A stretch of 61,147 nt of DNA, from NCBI GenBank assembly GCA_964462425.1, contig CAYWYD010000009.1, positions 1 to 61,147 on the forward strand. Direction: 5' to 3'. Shown piece after piece: positions 29,747 to 40,361 of this stretch. The notes below the pieces were generated by a model that searched no databases, had not been told where the DNA came from, and saw only the letters and a list, made by a program, of their open reading frames with translations. Position 1 is the stretch's first letter; each line of letters begins with the position of its first letter. The stretch is from an uncultured Thermoplasmata archaeon. GTDB taxonomy: Archaea; Thermoplasmatota; Thermoplasmata; Halarchaeoplasmatales; Halarchaeoplasmataceae. A program made the translations under genes and the position numbers.

Positions 29747-30907
29747 ATGATGGAGCCAGGTACATATTTTATGGATGGAAATACAGCTTGTGCCGAGGGT
29801 GCGATCGCAGCTGGCTGCACTTTCTTTGCGGGCTATCCGATCACTCCCGCCTCGGAAGTCCTTGAGAGGATGGCCGAACGTTTTCCCGAGTATCACAGCA
29901 GCTATCTCCAGATGGAGGACGAACTCGCCAGTATAACCGCGGTCCTGGGAGCGTCCTGGGCCGGAAGGAAAGCTATGACCGCGACTTCAGGGCCCGGATT
30001 CAGCTTGATGATGGAGAATTATGGATTGGGACTGATGACCGAGACCCCGTGTGTTATAGTCGACGTGATGAGAGGTGGACCTTCTACCGGTCTTCCGACC
30101 ATGGTGGCTCAGGGAGACGTGATGCAGACCAGGTGGGGAACCCATGGAGACGTCGGCGTGATAGTTTTCTCGCCTTCTTCTCCTCAGGAGATGTTCGATC
30201 TCACTATAGAAGCTTTCAATATGGCGGAAAAGTACAGGCTTCCGGTCGTGGTTCTTTCCGACGAGATGATAGCGCACATGACGGAGAAAGTGGAGATACC
30301 TTCAAAGGAGGAGATCGATATCGTTGAGCGGAAGAAGCCGGAAAAACCGCCGGAGGACTTTTTACCCTACGCTCCGGACAAGGACCTGGTTCCGCCTATG
30401 CCCACAGCTGGAGACGGCTACTCTTTACACGTCACTGGTCTGACCCACGACGAACGAGGTTATCCGTCGGTGGACGAGGAAACACAGAACGTTCTAGTCA
30501 CTAGGCTGATAGATAAGATACGAAAGAATTCGGACGATATCTTGAGATATAAAGAATACAACACCGAGGACGCGGATATCATAATGGTCGCCTATGGAAG
30601 CGCGTTCCGCGCAGCTCGGGAGGCTCTCGAAGCAGCTAAAGATAAAGATATGAAAGTGGGTTTGATACGCCCCGTCACTATCTGGCCGTTTCCTGAGGAC
30701 AGGATAAACGAGTTAGCTGGGAAGACCGATGCTTTCTTGGTCGCGGAGATAAATTTCGGACAGATGGGTTACGAGGTGGAAAGATGCGCTTCCGGTCAAT
30801 GCCCTACTTTCCTCGCTCCCCGCATGGGAGGGAGCATCCATACGCCCGAAGAGATCGTCGAGAGATTGGAAGAAATAGATGAAGAGATAAGGGAGGGATC
30901 AGAATGA
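29747..30907 (+). CDS. korA: 2-oxoacid:ferredoxin oxidoreductase alpha subunit
   Basis: YPITP, QMEDE, ATSGPG, RGGPSTG; RBS ggaggtg before ATG 29747. Confidence 0.93.
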   Translation: MMEPGTYFMDGNTACAEGAIAAGCTFFAGYPITPASEVLERMAERFPEYHSSYLQMEDELASITAVLGASWAGRKAMTATSGPGFSLMMENYGLGLMTETPCVIVDVMRGGPSTGLPTMVAQGDVMQTRWGTHGDVGVIVFSPSSPQEMFDLTIEAFNMAEKYRLPVVVLSDEMIAHMTEKVEIPSKEEIDIVERKKPEKPPEDFLPYAPDKDLVPPMPTAGDGYSLHVTGLTHDERGYPSVDEETQNVLVTRLIDKIRKNSDDILRYKEYNTEDADIIMVAYGSAFRAAREALEAAKDKDMKVGLIRPVTIWPFPEDRINELAGKTDAFLVAEINFGQMGYEVERCASGQCPTFLAPRMGGSIHTPEEIVERLEEIDEEIREGSE

Positions 30908-31812
30908 GCATCAGAAGGAGTCGAAATCAATTTTCGCCGGAATATATGGAGCAAAAGAGGGAAAAAGATTCGGTCTACGGTCTTCATCCACTGGACAATT
31001 ACCTAGAAAAAGATAGGATACCGCATATCTGGTGTCCAGGATGTGGTCTCGGAGTGATCTTACAGGGTTATCTGAGAGCTATGGAAGAAACCGAAATAGC
31101 AAAAGAGGATACCGCTTTGATATCCGGCATCGGATGCAGCGGTCGCGCCGCTGGTTACGTCGACGTGGATTCTTTCCATACCACTCACGGCAGAGCGATC
31201 CCTTTCGCTACCGGCCTCAAGATCGGAAATCCTGATATGGTAACGACGGTTTTCAGCGGTGACGGAGACCTTTTCGCTATAGGCGGTAATCACTTCATCC
31301 ACGCAGCCCGTAGAAACGTAGATTTCAACGTCATATGCGTGAACAACTTCAATTACGGCATGACGGGAGGTCAGGCCGGGCCAACAACGCCTGAAGAGGG
31401 GAAGACGGCTACAACGCCCTTTGGTGGGTTCGAACAGCCTTTCAACCTTCCTTCGGTCGCTGCGGGAGCCGGTGCTGTTTATGTAGCCAGGTGGACAACC
31501 TATCACGTTGATAAGCTGGTAAAATCGATGGAGGAAGCTTTGAACAAGAGAGGTTTCTGTTTCATCGAGGTCCTGTCACCTTGTCCTACCGGCTACGGCG
31601 GCGAAGAAGGAAAAAGAAACGGTGTGGACACCATGAACTATTTCAAAGAGAACAGCAGACACGACGATGATGCGGATCCAACGGAGATAAATCTGGAGCC
31701 GGGCGGTGAGATCGTCGTCGGAAAATTCGTCGACAGAGAAGCACCAACCTACCAGGACGAACGGGGGAAGACATTTGAAAAAGCTAGAGAAGCTATGGGG
31801 GTAAAAGAATGA
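30904..31812 (+). CDS. korB: 2-oxoacid:ferredoxin oxidoreductase beta subunit
   Basis: WCPGCG, GIGCS, HGRA, GDGD, YGMTGGQ, SPCP. Confidence 0.93.
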   Translation: MSIRRSRNQFSPEYMEQKREKDSVYGLHPLDNYLEKDRIPHIWCPGCGLGVILQGYLRAMEETEIAKEDTALISGIGCSGRAAGYVDVDSFHTTHGRAIPFATGLKIGNPDMVTTVFSGDGDLFAIGGNHFIHAARRNVDFNVICVNNFNYGMTGGQAGPTTPEEGKTATTPFGGFEQPFNLPSVAAGAGAVYVARWTTYHVDKLVKSMEEALNKRGFCFIEVLSPCPTGYGGEEGKRNGVDTMNYFKENSRHDDDADPTEINLEPGGEIVVGKFVDREAPTYQDERGKTFEKAREAMGVKE

Positions 31813-32327
31813 GAAAAGAGATCCGCTTCTCAGGTTTTGGCGGTCAAGGAGTGATCCTGATGGGCCATATTTTGGGTAAAGCCGCCGTATTGGACGGTAA
31901 CGAGGTGAGTTTGACCCAGAGCTACGGTCCGGAAGCGAGGGGAGGTGCCTGCAGCACCGATATAATAGTCAGCGACGAGGACATCTACTACCCTCAAGTT
32001 AGAGATATGGACATACTGGTTTCGATGTCTCAGGAAGCGTTGAATAATTATTTGCCTGAACTTGGAGAAGATGGTGATCTGATCATCGATACGGGTCTAG
32101 TCGAGTCTTCAGATAGAGATTTCATCGGCATCCCCGCGACACAGATCGCCAAAGATGAACTCGGCACTAGGATAGTCTCGAACATTGTCATGCTCGGCTA
32201 TATCGTAGGTGGTACAGGTCTTGTAAGCGAGGGATCGATGAAGGAAGCGATAAAGGAACTCGTTCCGGAGGGAACTGAAGAGAAGAATATTCAGGCCTTC
32301 GAGATGGGATCGGAAAGATCGGAATAA
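31809..32327 (+). CDS. korC: 2-oxoacid:ferredoxin oxidoreductase gamma subunit
   Basis: GFGGQG, YGPEARGG, NIVMLG. Confidence 0.9.
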   Translation: MRKEIRFSGFGGQGVILMGHILGKAAVLDGNEVSLTQSYGPEARGGACSTDIIVSDEDIYYPQVRDMDILVSMSQEALNNYLPELGEDGDLIIDTGLVESSDRDFIGIPATQIAKDELGTRIVSNIVMLGYIVGGTGLVSEGSMKEAIKELVPEGTEEKNIQAFEMGSERSE

Positions 32328-32381
32328 GAAGGGTGAAGGGCGCATAGATCAGTTTATCAAAACGATGATCTCAGTGTTCTC

Positions 32382-32870
32382 TTACGTGGTGATGTTCTCA
32401 GGTATCTCGACAACATCGCTCACCTCTATAGTTCTATCTTGATAGAAGCCCTGATTGACCTCTAGTGCGTAACGGTAGGGCTTTCCGGGACTGTGCGAAG
32501 TCGAAGTTTCTGGTTCCATCTGCTGGATATCGATTATCGTGCCATTCTCTGATATAAATGCTATAGAGAGAGGTATGGTTGTATCTATCATCCAGAAGCC
32601 CTTCGTCACATTTTTATCATAGACGAACAGCATCCCGCAGTTTTCACACAAGTTGTCCCTATTCATCAATCCTTTTCTTCTTTCTTCATCAGTATCCGCT
32701 ATTTCGGCCTGAACGGTCACATTCTCGCCCTCGGTGTTCAGGATTTTTAATTCAGCTGTTTCAAGCTTTGGTTGCCCCTCCTTCCCTGAATCGTAGAGAT
32801 ACCAGCTGATGGATAATACGAGAAGGATGATCACTATCGCTGCCGCTATCACCTTTTTATCAAACTTCAT
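32382..32870 (-). CDS. DUF192 family protein
   Basis: EIADT..ER.KGLM, GMLF, FWM..T.IPLSIAF, YALEVN. Confidence 0.88.
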   Translation of the reverse strand: MKFDKKVIAAAIVIILLVLSISWYLYDSGKEGQPKLETAELKILNTEGENVTVQAEIADTDEERRKGLMNRDNLCENCGMLFVYDKNVTKGFWMIDTTIPLSIAFISENGTIIDIQQMEPETSTSHSPGKPYRYALEVNQGFYQDRTIEVSDVVEIPENITT

Positions 32871-33147
32871 CTCTATTCTTAGGATAACCTTTGACACATT
32901 AAAAACTTATTATCTCGATGTTTTGGAAATTTCTTTGAAAATTTCCCTTATCTAAAAGAGAATATCCTATATTCTTTTCGTTTATCACCTGACAGACCAA
33001 CATCGAAGAACAGATCGAGTTGGAAAGTAGATCCTAAAAAATAGAAAATCTCTCGATTCTGTAGGAAAAACTTTTATTACAGTATCGACCAGAGAACAAG
33101 TGAAGAGTATTGGTCCATGGCTGTTAGGCCTTGGTGGTGGATAAAAA

Positions 33148-36100
33148 ATGAGGCAACTCTCGAAGTACCTGGCCTTAGTGATATGCACTATTTTGATTGC
33201 GACATCTTTCTCTGCGACAGGTAGTTATTCTAGTGAATCGACTTCTACCGGAACAGAGATTGTGTTGGTATCCCTTTATGGGGAAGACGACTTGGGCAGA
33301 ATAGAATCGGTTGGCGGAGAGATTTTGAAAAGGTATCCTAATACAGCACTCGTGAACTTACCGAAAGATGAGATCGATTCGACTGGAATTCAAGTTCGAA
33401 GCACACTCCTTGAAAGGACTAAAATATCCGTAGGTGAGCATCGATTCGATATCACCGAAAGTAAATTTGACTTACCAGAAGAGACTACGATAGAAGGTTA
33501 CGAAGAAGGAGAAAAAGGCCAGTACATAGTACATATGCTCGGACCAATCGCTCTAGAATGGAGAGCCGAGATTGAAGATAAAGGTATAGACGTGATGAAT
33601 TATCTCCACAACTACGCCTATAGGGTAAGGATGACTCGCGAGCAGGCTAAGGACGTAGAAGATCTAGATTTTGTAGATTGGGTCGGATTGTATCATCCAG
33701 AATACAAGATCCAGCCCGGTCTTGAGCTGGGAACGGTAAATATAATGTTAATTCCAGGTGCCGGACGGGAAACGGTAAAAAAGATCGCAGAAACCGTACC
33801 TATAATGTCGTCGATAGAACTTCAGGACGGAGGATTCAAGATAAGAGCCGAAGTGGATTCAGAAGAGACTCTTCATGAATTGGCAAGTGTAACCGATGTA
33901 AGCTACATATCGGAAAAAGTAGAGGTTGAACTGCACGACGAGATGGCGACTCAGATAATCGGTGGAGGCACATGGTTCTACCCGGACGGTTGGGAGCCCG
34001 GTGACAATGCCTATAGAGATCTTGATCTACCGGGTAAGTATGCTGGATTAGCAGGTTCCTACCTCAATCAAGTAGGTTATACCGGAGATGGGATAGTGGT
34101 GGCGATAGCAGATACGGGATTGGGCGATGGAACTACACCTGATGCGGGCCACGACGATTTTACTGGTAGAGTGATCGGCGGGCATAATTTCGACGGCGGA
34201 GGTTGGGACGATGAACATGGACACGGAACACACTGTGCTGGTTCCGTAGCTGCCGATACTTATCACGGTACAGGTCAGGGTTACGGCTTTGATGAGTACT
34301 ATGCAGCTCAGGGTTCCGCACCTGAAGCGGAATTGTATTCGCAGAAAATATTTAAAGGAGGTTCTATACCAGACGACCTATATTTATTATTTGAGGAGGC
34401 TAAACAGAGCGCAGGTGCCTATGTGCACTCTAATTCCTGGGGATCTACTGGAGGGCACGGCACTTATACAGAACAATCTGCTGTTTTCGACGCCGCTGTT
34501 CGAGATGCCAACCTTGATACAGATCACAACGAACCGATGATTATCACAGGCTCGGCCGGTAACGACGGAGATGAGGGTGTGCCGCCGCCCGCGACCGCTA
34601 AAAACATGATCACGGTAGGTGCTACCGAGAACTACAACAGTGAGACTGACGACCCGGAATACATGGCTAGTTTCAGTTCCCGGGGATTCGTCGATGATAA
34701 TAGGGTAAAACCAGATATCGTGGCTCCAGGAGCGGATATTTATTCTACGGAGCCAGGTAATAGCTATCAATCTATGTCAGGTACTTCGATGGCGAATCCG
34801 GCTGTAGCGGGAGTTTCTGCAGTAGCTGTAGAATGGTATCGAAGGAATGATAAGGACAACGAGCGTCCGAGTCCGGCCATGGTGAAGGCCCTGCTGATCA
34901 ACACCGCCAATCCATTAGATGGTGATACGGAAGGTCCTATCCCTAACGGTGACGAGGGATGGGGGATGGTAGATGTATCTAAATTACAGGAACCTCATGA
35001 TGATCCAGTTTCTTTTATGCTTGAAGATCAGGAGAGCCCCTTGGCGACGGGTGAATTTAATAAGCATAAAGTAGGGATCGAAGATGCAACAAAGCCTTTG
35101 AAGATCACTCTCCATTGGACCGATAAGGAAGCCCCTGACGGTACCGGTAGTGATACGGCGCTGGTGAACGATTTAAATCTCAAGGTAGAATCCCCCGGGG
35201 GTGACGTGTATCAAGGTAACGCTTTTGCTGAAGACGCAGGAGGTCAAAGTACTTGGGATTTCACCTATCCGAACACGGATACCATGTCGGTATTCGATGA
35301 TGATGGTGACGGTCTAGACGATACGAATAACGTTCAGAATGTTTACATCCATCCTGATCATCTTGAATCAGGAGCGTACACGATCACTGTCGAAGGACTT
35401 AATGTACCTGAAGACGGTAACAGGGACGGAGAGACGACCCAAGATTACGCGTTAGCGGTCTACAACGCTGCCGAGGGCCCCCAGATAGAATTCGAACGTC
35501 CTGAAGTTGGAGAGTACTGGGAAGTCGGTACGGATGAAGACATATTATGGAATACAAAAGAAGGTGTTGGTAACATAACGGATATAGATCTAGAATACAG
35601 TGTTGACGGTGGTACTAGCTGGGGATATATAGTTAAAGGTCACGATGATACCGGGGTGTGCACGTGGACAGTTCCAGACGAGCCTACAGAAGAGGCCATG
35701 GTTCGTGCTACGGTACATGATGATCTAGGAGACACTGGCCCAGGAAATGATACGAGCGGCAGATTCACCATCACTAACGTCACACCCCTTGAAGTGAACC
35801 TCACCTCTCCAGTGGGTGGGGTGGAGTGGCATGCTGGAGACCTAAAAGATGTCACTTGGGACAGCGCTGAAGGAGATAATCCTATAACGGGAGTTGATCT
35901 GGAATATTCTACTGACGGAGGAGATAGCTGGAATATGATTGTAGAAGGGACCGATGATGCGGGCAATTACACGTGGGAGATTCCGGACGAAACAACCTCC
36001 GAAGCAATCGTGCGAGTATGGGTCCGCTCTCAAGAAAATACGTCAGATTTCGATACTAGTGAACATTTCGATCTTGTAGGATATCCACCAGAGACTCCAA

Positions 36101-39100
36101 AGAATCTAGATGTTGAGTGGTTGGACGAAACAGTTCTTTTTAAGGACGATATTTCTGAAGATAAAGGATATGAGACCTGGGAATCTCACGATAATGCCAG
36201 TGAGTGGGGTATCCGTCAGCAAGGCTCCTTTGTTGGAAACAATTCCTGGGACTGGGGAAACGGTAGTTTTAACAAAGGACCAGAGATGGAGAGTCGTTTG
36301 ATTTCTCCAAAAATAGAGATTCCGGCGGATACTGTAACTGCTGAATTAAAATTTGAGCATTGGAGAAACTTTGGTGACAATGATCTTTGGGATGGGGGCA
36401 ATCTGAAGATTTCAGAAGATGGTGGAGAGTTTGAGATAATCGAGCCTAAAGAAGGTTATGACGGAACAATTCAGATAGGCTACGATAATCCGCTGGGCGG
36501 AGAACCGGGATGGGGACTGATGAGAGAAAAATGGGAAACTGCTACATTCAATCTCTCCGATTTCGTTGGAAGTACTATACAATTGAGTTGGAATGCGGGA
36601 GTAGAAAATTATGATGGATATTACGGCGAAGGCTGGCGTATCGATGACATTATGGTTACTGCGCAGACAACGACGACTAACCTAAAAGATGATCCCGTTC
36701 ATAATTTTGTTACGTGGGATTCTGCACCAGGAGACTCTTCAGGGGAAATCATAAGTGAAGAAGTAAAAGAGATCGACCATTACAGTATTTATCGAGCAGA
36801 GGAGTGGGACGATCCATGGGATGAACCGATAGCTGAAATAGAAGCTGATGGCTCAGTAAGTTATGAATTCATAGATCAAGGTGTAGCAGGCGAACCTTAC
36901 CATTGGTATGTAGTAAGATCGGTCTCGAAAGAAGGCCTAGAGGAGGAAAATCAAATGGCGGTTCCCGAACCTGGCGTTGAACAAGGCCCATTACCACCTA
37001 GTGATCCTGATCCATCTGATAGAGTCACAGGAGTCGGTACAGATGTAGAACTCAGTGTTCATGTCGAACATCGTTCGGGAAAATCGATGAATGTTTCCTT
37101 TTACAATGCCTCGGATAACAGCTCGATAGGAACAGATATGAATGTACAAAACGGAGAGAGAGCGCAAATCCAATGGACGGGACTCAGCCCCGGAACAGTA
37201 TATGGATGGTATGCCATCGCCGAAGACGGTGAACGCAAAGCAGCGTCTGAAATTTGGAATTTCACTACTGTAAATCAATATGATCTCACTATCTCGGTTG
37301 ATGGTCAGGGAACTACGGAACCACTAGCCGGAACACACAGCTATATAGAAAGTTCCGAAGTTAACCTAGAGGCAACTCCGGACCAAGATTGGGAGTTCGT
37401 CGAATGGACTGGAGATCATTCAGGGATGGAAAAGAATATAACGATAACTATGGAGAGCGACAAGAACATCACGGCGCACTTCGAAGAGCAGGTCTCTGAG
37501 ACGTATAATCTCACAGTGAATGTCGATGGACAGGGGATGGTTACAGTAGACCCAGATCAGGAAGGGTACAAAAAAGGTACCGAAGTCAGTCTAACGGCGT
37601 CTCCAGATGAAGAGTGGAATTTTGTTGAATGGACTGGAGACTTTAACGGGACATCTATCTCTGTGAATATAACTATGGACGAGGACAAGCAGATAACAGC
37701 TTGGTTTGAAGAAGAAATAACTGTGGAATATAATCTCACGATCGATATAGAAGGTGAGGGAAATACCGATCCACCAAAAGGAAGTCATACCTATGCAGAA
37801 GGAACTGATGTACCGGTTGAGGCTAAACCTACAAAAGATTGGGAGTTCGTCGAGTGGACTGGAGATCATTCAGGGATGGAAAAGAATATAACGATAACTA
37901 TGGAGAGCGATAAGAACATCACGGCGCATTTCAAAGAGCAGGTCTCTGAGACGTATAATCTAACGATAAATGTCGATGGACAGGGAGATGTCACCGTTGA
38001 GCCGGCTCAAGATGAGTACGAGGTAGGTACTGCAGTCAATTTAACGGCGGTACCGAGCCAAGATTGGAGGTTCATCGAATGGACTGGAGATCATGAAGGA
38101 ACGAGTGAAGAGATAACTGTAACGGTGGACAGAGATAAAGAATTCACGGCGCACTTTGAAGAGTTAGATAAATACGATCTCAAGATAGAAGTTGATGGAG
38201 AAGGTGATACTAATCCAGTAGAAGGTAATCACACGTATTACCAAGGAGAGGTGGTTACGGTAGAGGCTAAACCTACAAAAGGCTGGGAATTTGTGGAATG
38301 GACGGGGGATGTCACTGGTTCTAGGCCTATTATGAACGTGACGATGGAGTTCAACAAGAGCATAACCGCAGTGTTCCAAGAAGAAGTATTAGAGTATGAC
38401 CTCACGATAAACATTTCTGGACAGGGTAATACGAAGCCAGAAAAAGGTATTCATACGTACGAAGACGGAGAGACAGTTAGGGTAGAAGCTACGCCTGCAG
38501 AAGCTTGGGTGTTCGTCGAATGGACAGGTAGCGAAACAAGTGACGATCTAACGATAGAGATCATGATGGATGAGAATAAGAGTATAACGGCAGTCTTCGA
38601 AAAAGTGGTTGAATATGATCTCAACATCAATATCGAAGGAGAAGGCAGTACCGATCCGGAAGAAGGTACTCAGAGCTATGAAGAAGGAACGATCGTGAGC
38701 GTAGAAGTCATTCCAAACGAAGGTTGGTATTTCGACGGTTGGACAGGTGATTATACTGGAAGTGGAGAAGAGAAAGGGATCCTGATAACGATCGACGAAA
38801 ACAAGACGATAACAGCAGTTTTTGAAGATTATGCTACTTTGATGCTTAACAATATAACTGGTCAAGGAACGGTAAAAGTCGATGGAAGTGAAGTTTCTGA
38901 AACACCTTTCGAGAGATATTACGAGAGGGGTGAGACAGCCGATCTGATCGCTGATGCACCAGAATCCTGGGAGTTTTCAAGATGGGCGGGAGATTACGAA
39001 GGTATTGAGAAAGAGATAACTATAACGATAAATGGAGACAAAAAAATCACGGCTCACTTCGAGGAATTAGAAGAAAAGTTTGAAGTTTTGGATTTCGAAG

Positions 39101-40221
39101 TAGGCCCGGGAGAAGGTTATGTCCCTCTTGAAGTACATATAACCGGAGGTGTAGAGAACACCGGCGATGCTGAAGGAACTATAAAGCTGGAAACAGATGG
39201 TCGAGAACTCAACAACTGGACTCTTTTACCTGGTGATATCACAACTGTCGATGAAACGTATACATACGAGGATGAAGGACAGTACTTTGTCTCTCTTGGC
39301 TCTGAGTGTATTGAGGTGAACGTCGATGATGTGGAGACTTATACTCTAGAGGTTAATATAGAGGGGGAAGGAGAAGTAGACATCGCTCCGGACCGTGAAG
39401 AGTATGAAGATGGGACTTTAGTGACTTTGACAGCCCTAGCTAACGAGGGGTGGCGGTTCGAGGAGTGGAAAGGTGATGAAACTAGTGCCGATCTAACGAT
39501 GGATATAACTGTGGACGACCATAAAGAGATTACAGCGGTATTTGGAGAGGATATCGAAACCTATGAATTGACCATTCAGATCGAGGGAGAAGGGGATATC
39601 GAAGTTGATCCGGAGCAGGTAGCATATGAAGAGAATACCGAAGTGAAATTGGAAGCGTTACCCGAGGAAAACTGGTATTTTGTTGAATGGACCGGCGATT
39701 ATGAGGGTGAAGATGAAAAAGAAATGATAATGATAACGATGGACAAGGATAAAGAGATAACAGCCAATTTTGAAAAATATGATCCACCCTACTTTGACGT
39801 CGAAATACTAGAGTACGATGAAGATGTTAAAGAAGACGAGGAGATCACGGTGGGATTCAGGGTTAAAAATACGGGTGAATTCGAAGGAGAGCAGAAACTA
39901 GTCCTCAAGGTAGATGAAAAGAAAGTGGAAACCAAAGAGCTGGCTCTTGATGGAGGACAAAAGAGAGAAGGCGAGTTCACGATAGAAGGTAAAGAGGTTG
40001 GAGAACACGAGCTTGAACTCTACTCGGCCGATGATGCCAGTGACGAAGTGATGGTTATGGTTGAGGAAGATGTTGATCCAGATGATGGTGAAGAAGACCC
40101 GGTGTCCACCTACTGGTGGTTAATAATTGTGCTTTTGGTCGGAATCTTAGTAACTATTATTCTGGTATTAGCGATGAAGGGTGAAGATGACGAAACCGAA
40201 GAGATAGCCTGTTATGAGTAA
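33148..40221 (+). CDS. Giant S8 subtilase (KP-43-like) with InlB-B-type repeat stalk, CARDB-like modules and C-terminal TM anchor
   Basis: IADTG (Asp), HGTHCAG (His), SAGN, SGTSMA (Ser), KALLINTA; repeated W-F-x-W-x-G modules. Confidence 0.92.
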   Translation: MRQLSKYLALVICTILIATSFSATGSYSSESTSTGTEIVLVSLYGEDDLGRIESVGGEILKRYPNTALVNLPKDEIDSTGIQVRSTLLERTKISVGEHRFDITESKFDLPEETTIEGYEEGEKGQYIVHMLGPIALEWRAEIEDKGIDVMNYLHNYAYRVRMTREQAKDVEDLDFVDWVGLYHPEYKIQPGLELGTVNIMLIPGAGRETVKKIAETVPIMSSIELQDGGFKIRAEVDSEETLHELASVTDVSYISEKVEVELHDEMATQIIGGGTWFYPDGWEPGDNAYRDLDLPGKYAGLAGSYLNQVGYTGDGIVVAIADTGLGDGTTPDAGHDDFTGRVIGGHNFDGGGWDDEHGHGTHCAGSVAADTYHGTGQGYGFDEYYAAQGSAPEAELYSQKIFKGGSIPDDLYLLFEEAKQSAGAYVHSNSWGSTGGHGTYTEQSAVFDAAVRDANLDTDHNEPMIITGSAGNDGDEGVPPPATAKNMITVGATENYNSETDDPEYMASFSSRGFVDDNRVKPDIVAPGADIYSTEPGNSYQSMSGTSMANPAVAGVSAVAVEWYRRNDKDNERPSPAMVKALLINTANPLDGDTEGPIPNGDEGWGMVDVSKLQEPHDDPVSFMLEDQESPLATGEFNKHKVGIEDATKPLKITLHWTDKEAPDGTGSDTALVNDLNLKVESPGGDVYQGNAFAEDAGGQSTWDFTYPNTDTMSVFDDDGDGLDDTNNVQNVYIHPDHLESGAYTITVEGLNVPEDGNRDGETTQDYALAVYNAAEGPQIEFERPEVGEYWEVGTDEDILWNTKEGVGNITDIDLEYSVDGGTSWGYIVKGHDDTGVCTWTVPDEPTEEAMVRATVHDDLGDTGPGNDTSGRFTITNVTPLEVNLTSPVGGVEWHAGDLKDVTWDSAEGDNPITGVDLEYSTDGGDSWNMIVEGTDDAGNYTWEIPDETTSEAIVRVWVRSQENTSDFDTSEHFDLVGYPPETPKNLDVEWLDETVLFKDDISEDKGYETWESHDNASEWGIRQQGSFVGNNSWDWGNGSFNKGPEMESRLISPKIEIPADTVTAELKFEHWRNFGDNDLWDGGNLKISEDGGEFEIIEPKEGYDGTIQIGYDNPLGGEPGWGLMREKWETATFNLSDFVGSTIQLSWNAGVENYDGYYGEGWRIDDIMVTAQTTTTNLKDDPVHNFVTWDSAPGDSSGEIISEEVKEIDHYSIYRAEEWDDPWDEPIAEIEADGSVSYEFIDQGVAGEPYHWYVVRSVSKEGLEEENQMAVPEPGVEQGPLPPSDPDPSDRVTGVGTDVELSVHVEHRSGKSMNVSFYNASDNSSIGTDMNVQNGERAQIQWTGLSPGTVYGWYAIAEDGERKAASEIWNFTTVNQYDLTISVDGQGTTEPLAGTHSYIESSEVNLEATPDQDWEFVEWTGDHSGMEKNITITMESDKNITAHFEEQVSETYNLTVNVDGQGMVTVDPDQEGYKKGTEVSLTASPDEEWNFVEWTGDFNGTSISVNITMDEDKQITAWFEEEITVEYNLTIDIEGEGNTDPPKGSHTYAEGTDVPVEAKPTKDWEFVEWTGDHSGMEKNITITMESDKNITAHFKEQVSETYNLTINVDGQGDVTVEPAQDEYEVGTAVNLTAVPSQDWRFIEWTGDHEGTSEEITVTVDRDKEFTAHFEELDKYDLKIEVDGEGDTNPVEGNHTYYQGEVVTVEAKPTKGWEFVEWTGDVTGSRPIMNVTMEFNKSITAVFQEEVLEYDLTINISGQGNTKPEKGIHTYEDGETVRVEATPAEAWVFVEWTGSETSDDLTIEIMMDENKSITAVFEKVVEYDLNINIEGEGSTDPEEGTQSYEEGTIVSVEVIPNEGWYFDGWTGDYTGSGEEKGILITIDENKTITAVFEDYATLMLNNITGQGTVKVDGSEVSETPFERYYERGETADLIADAPESWEFSRWAGDYEGIEKEITITINGDKKITAHFEELEEKFEVLDFEVGPGEGYVPLEVHITGGVENTGDAEGTIKLETDGRELNNWTLLPGDITTVDETYTYEDEGQYFVSLGSECIEVNVDDVETYTLEVNIEGEGEVDIAPDREEYEDGTLVTLTALANEGWRFEEWKGDETSADLTMDITVDDHKEITAVFGEDIETYELTIQIEGEGDIEVDPEQVAYEENTEVKLEALPEENWYFVEWTGDYEGEDEKEMIMITMDKDKEITANFEKYDPPYFDVEILEYDEDVKEDEEITVGFRVKNTGEFEGEQKLVLKVDEKKVETKELALDGGQKREGEFTIEGKEVGEHELELYSADDASDEVMVMVEEDVDPDDGEEDPVSTYWWLIIVLLVGILVTIILVLAMKGEDDETEEIACYE
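37385..37961 (+). repeat. Near-identical 127-bp intragenic duplication (37385-37511 and 37835-37961)
   Basis: Offset 450 bp, 4 mismatches by eye. Confidence 0.85.
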
Positions 40222-40361
40222 CAGAGGGGGAGCCCGGAGAAAAGATCGAGGGGATATTCGGTGAAGAAGAGCTAGATAAAGAGATCGGGAAATAACCTGA
40301 AGCGTAGAAATAGAAGAGCCAGGCCAGTAAAAGAATGAGGGAAAAGATCCACTTCACTGTC

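Noticed and set aside
25280..39780. Intragenic repeats as DGR template/variable regions
   Set aside because: Mismatches are not adenine-specific and no reverse transcriptase is present
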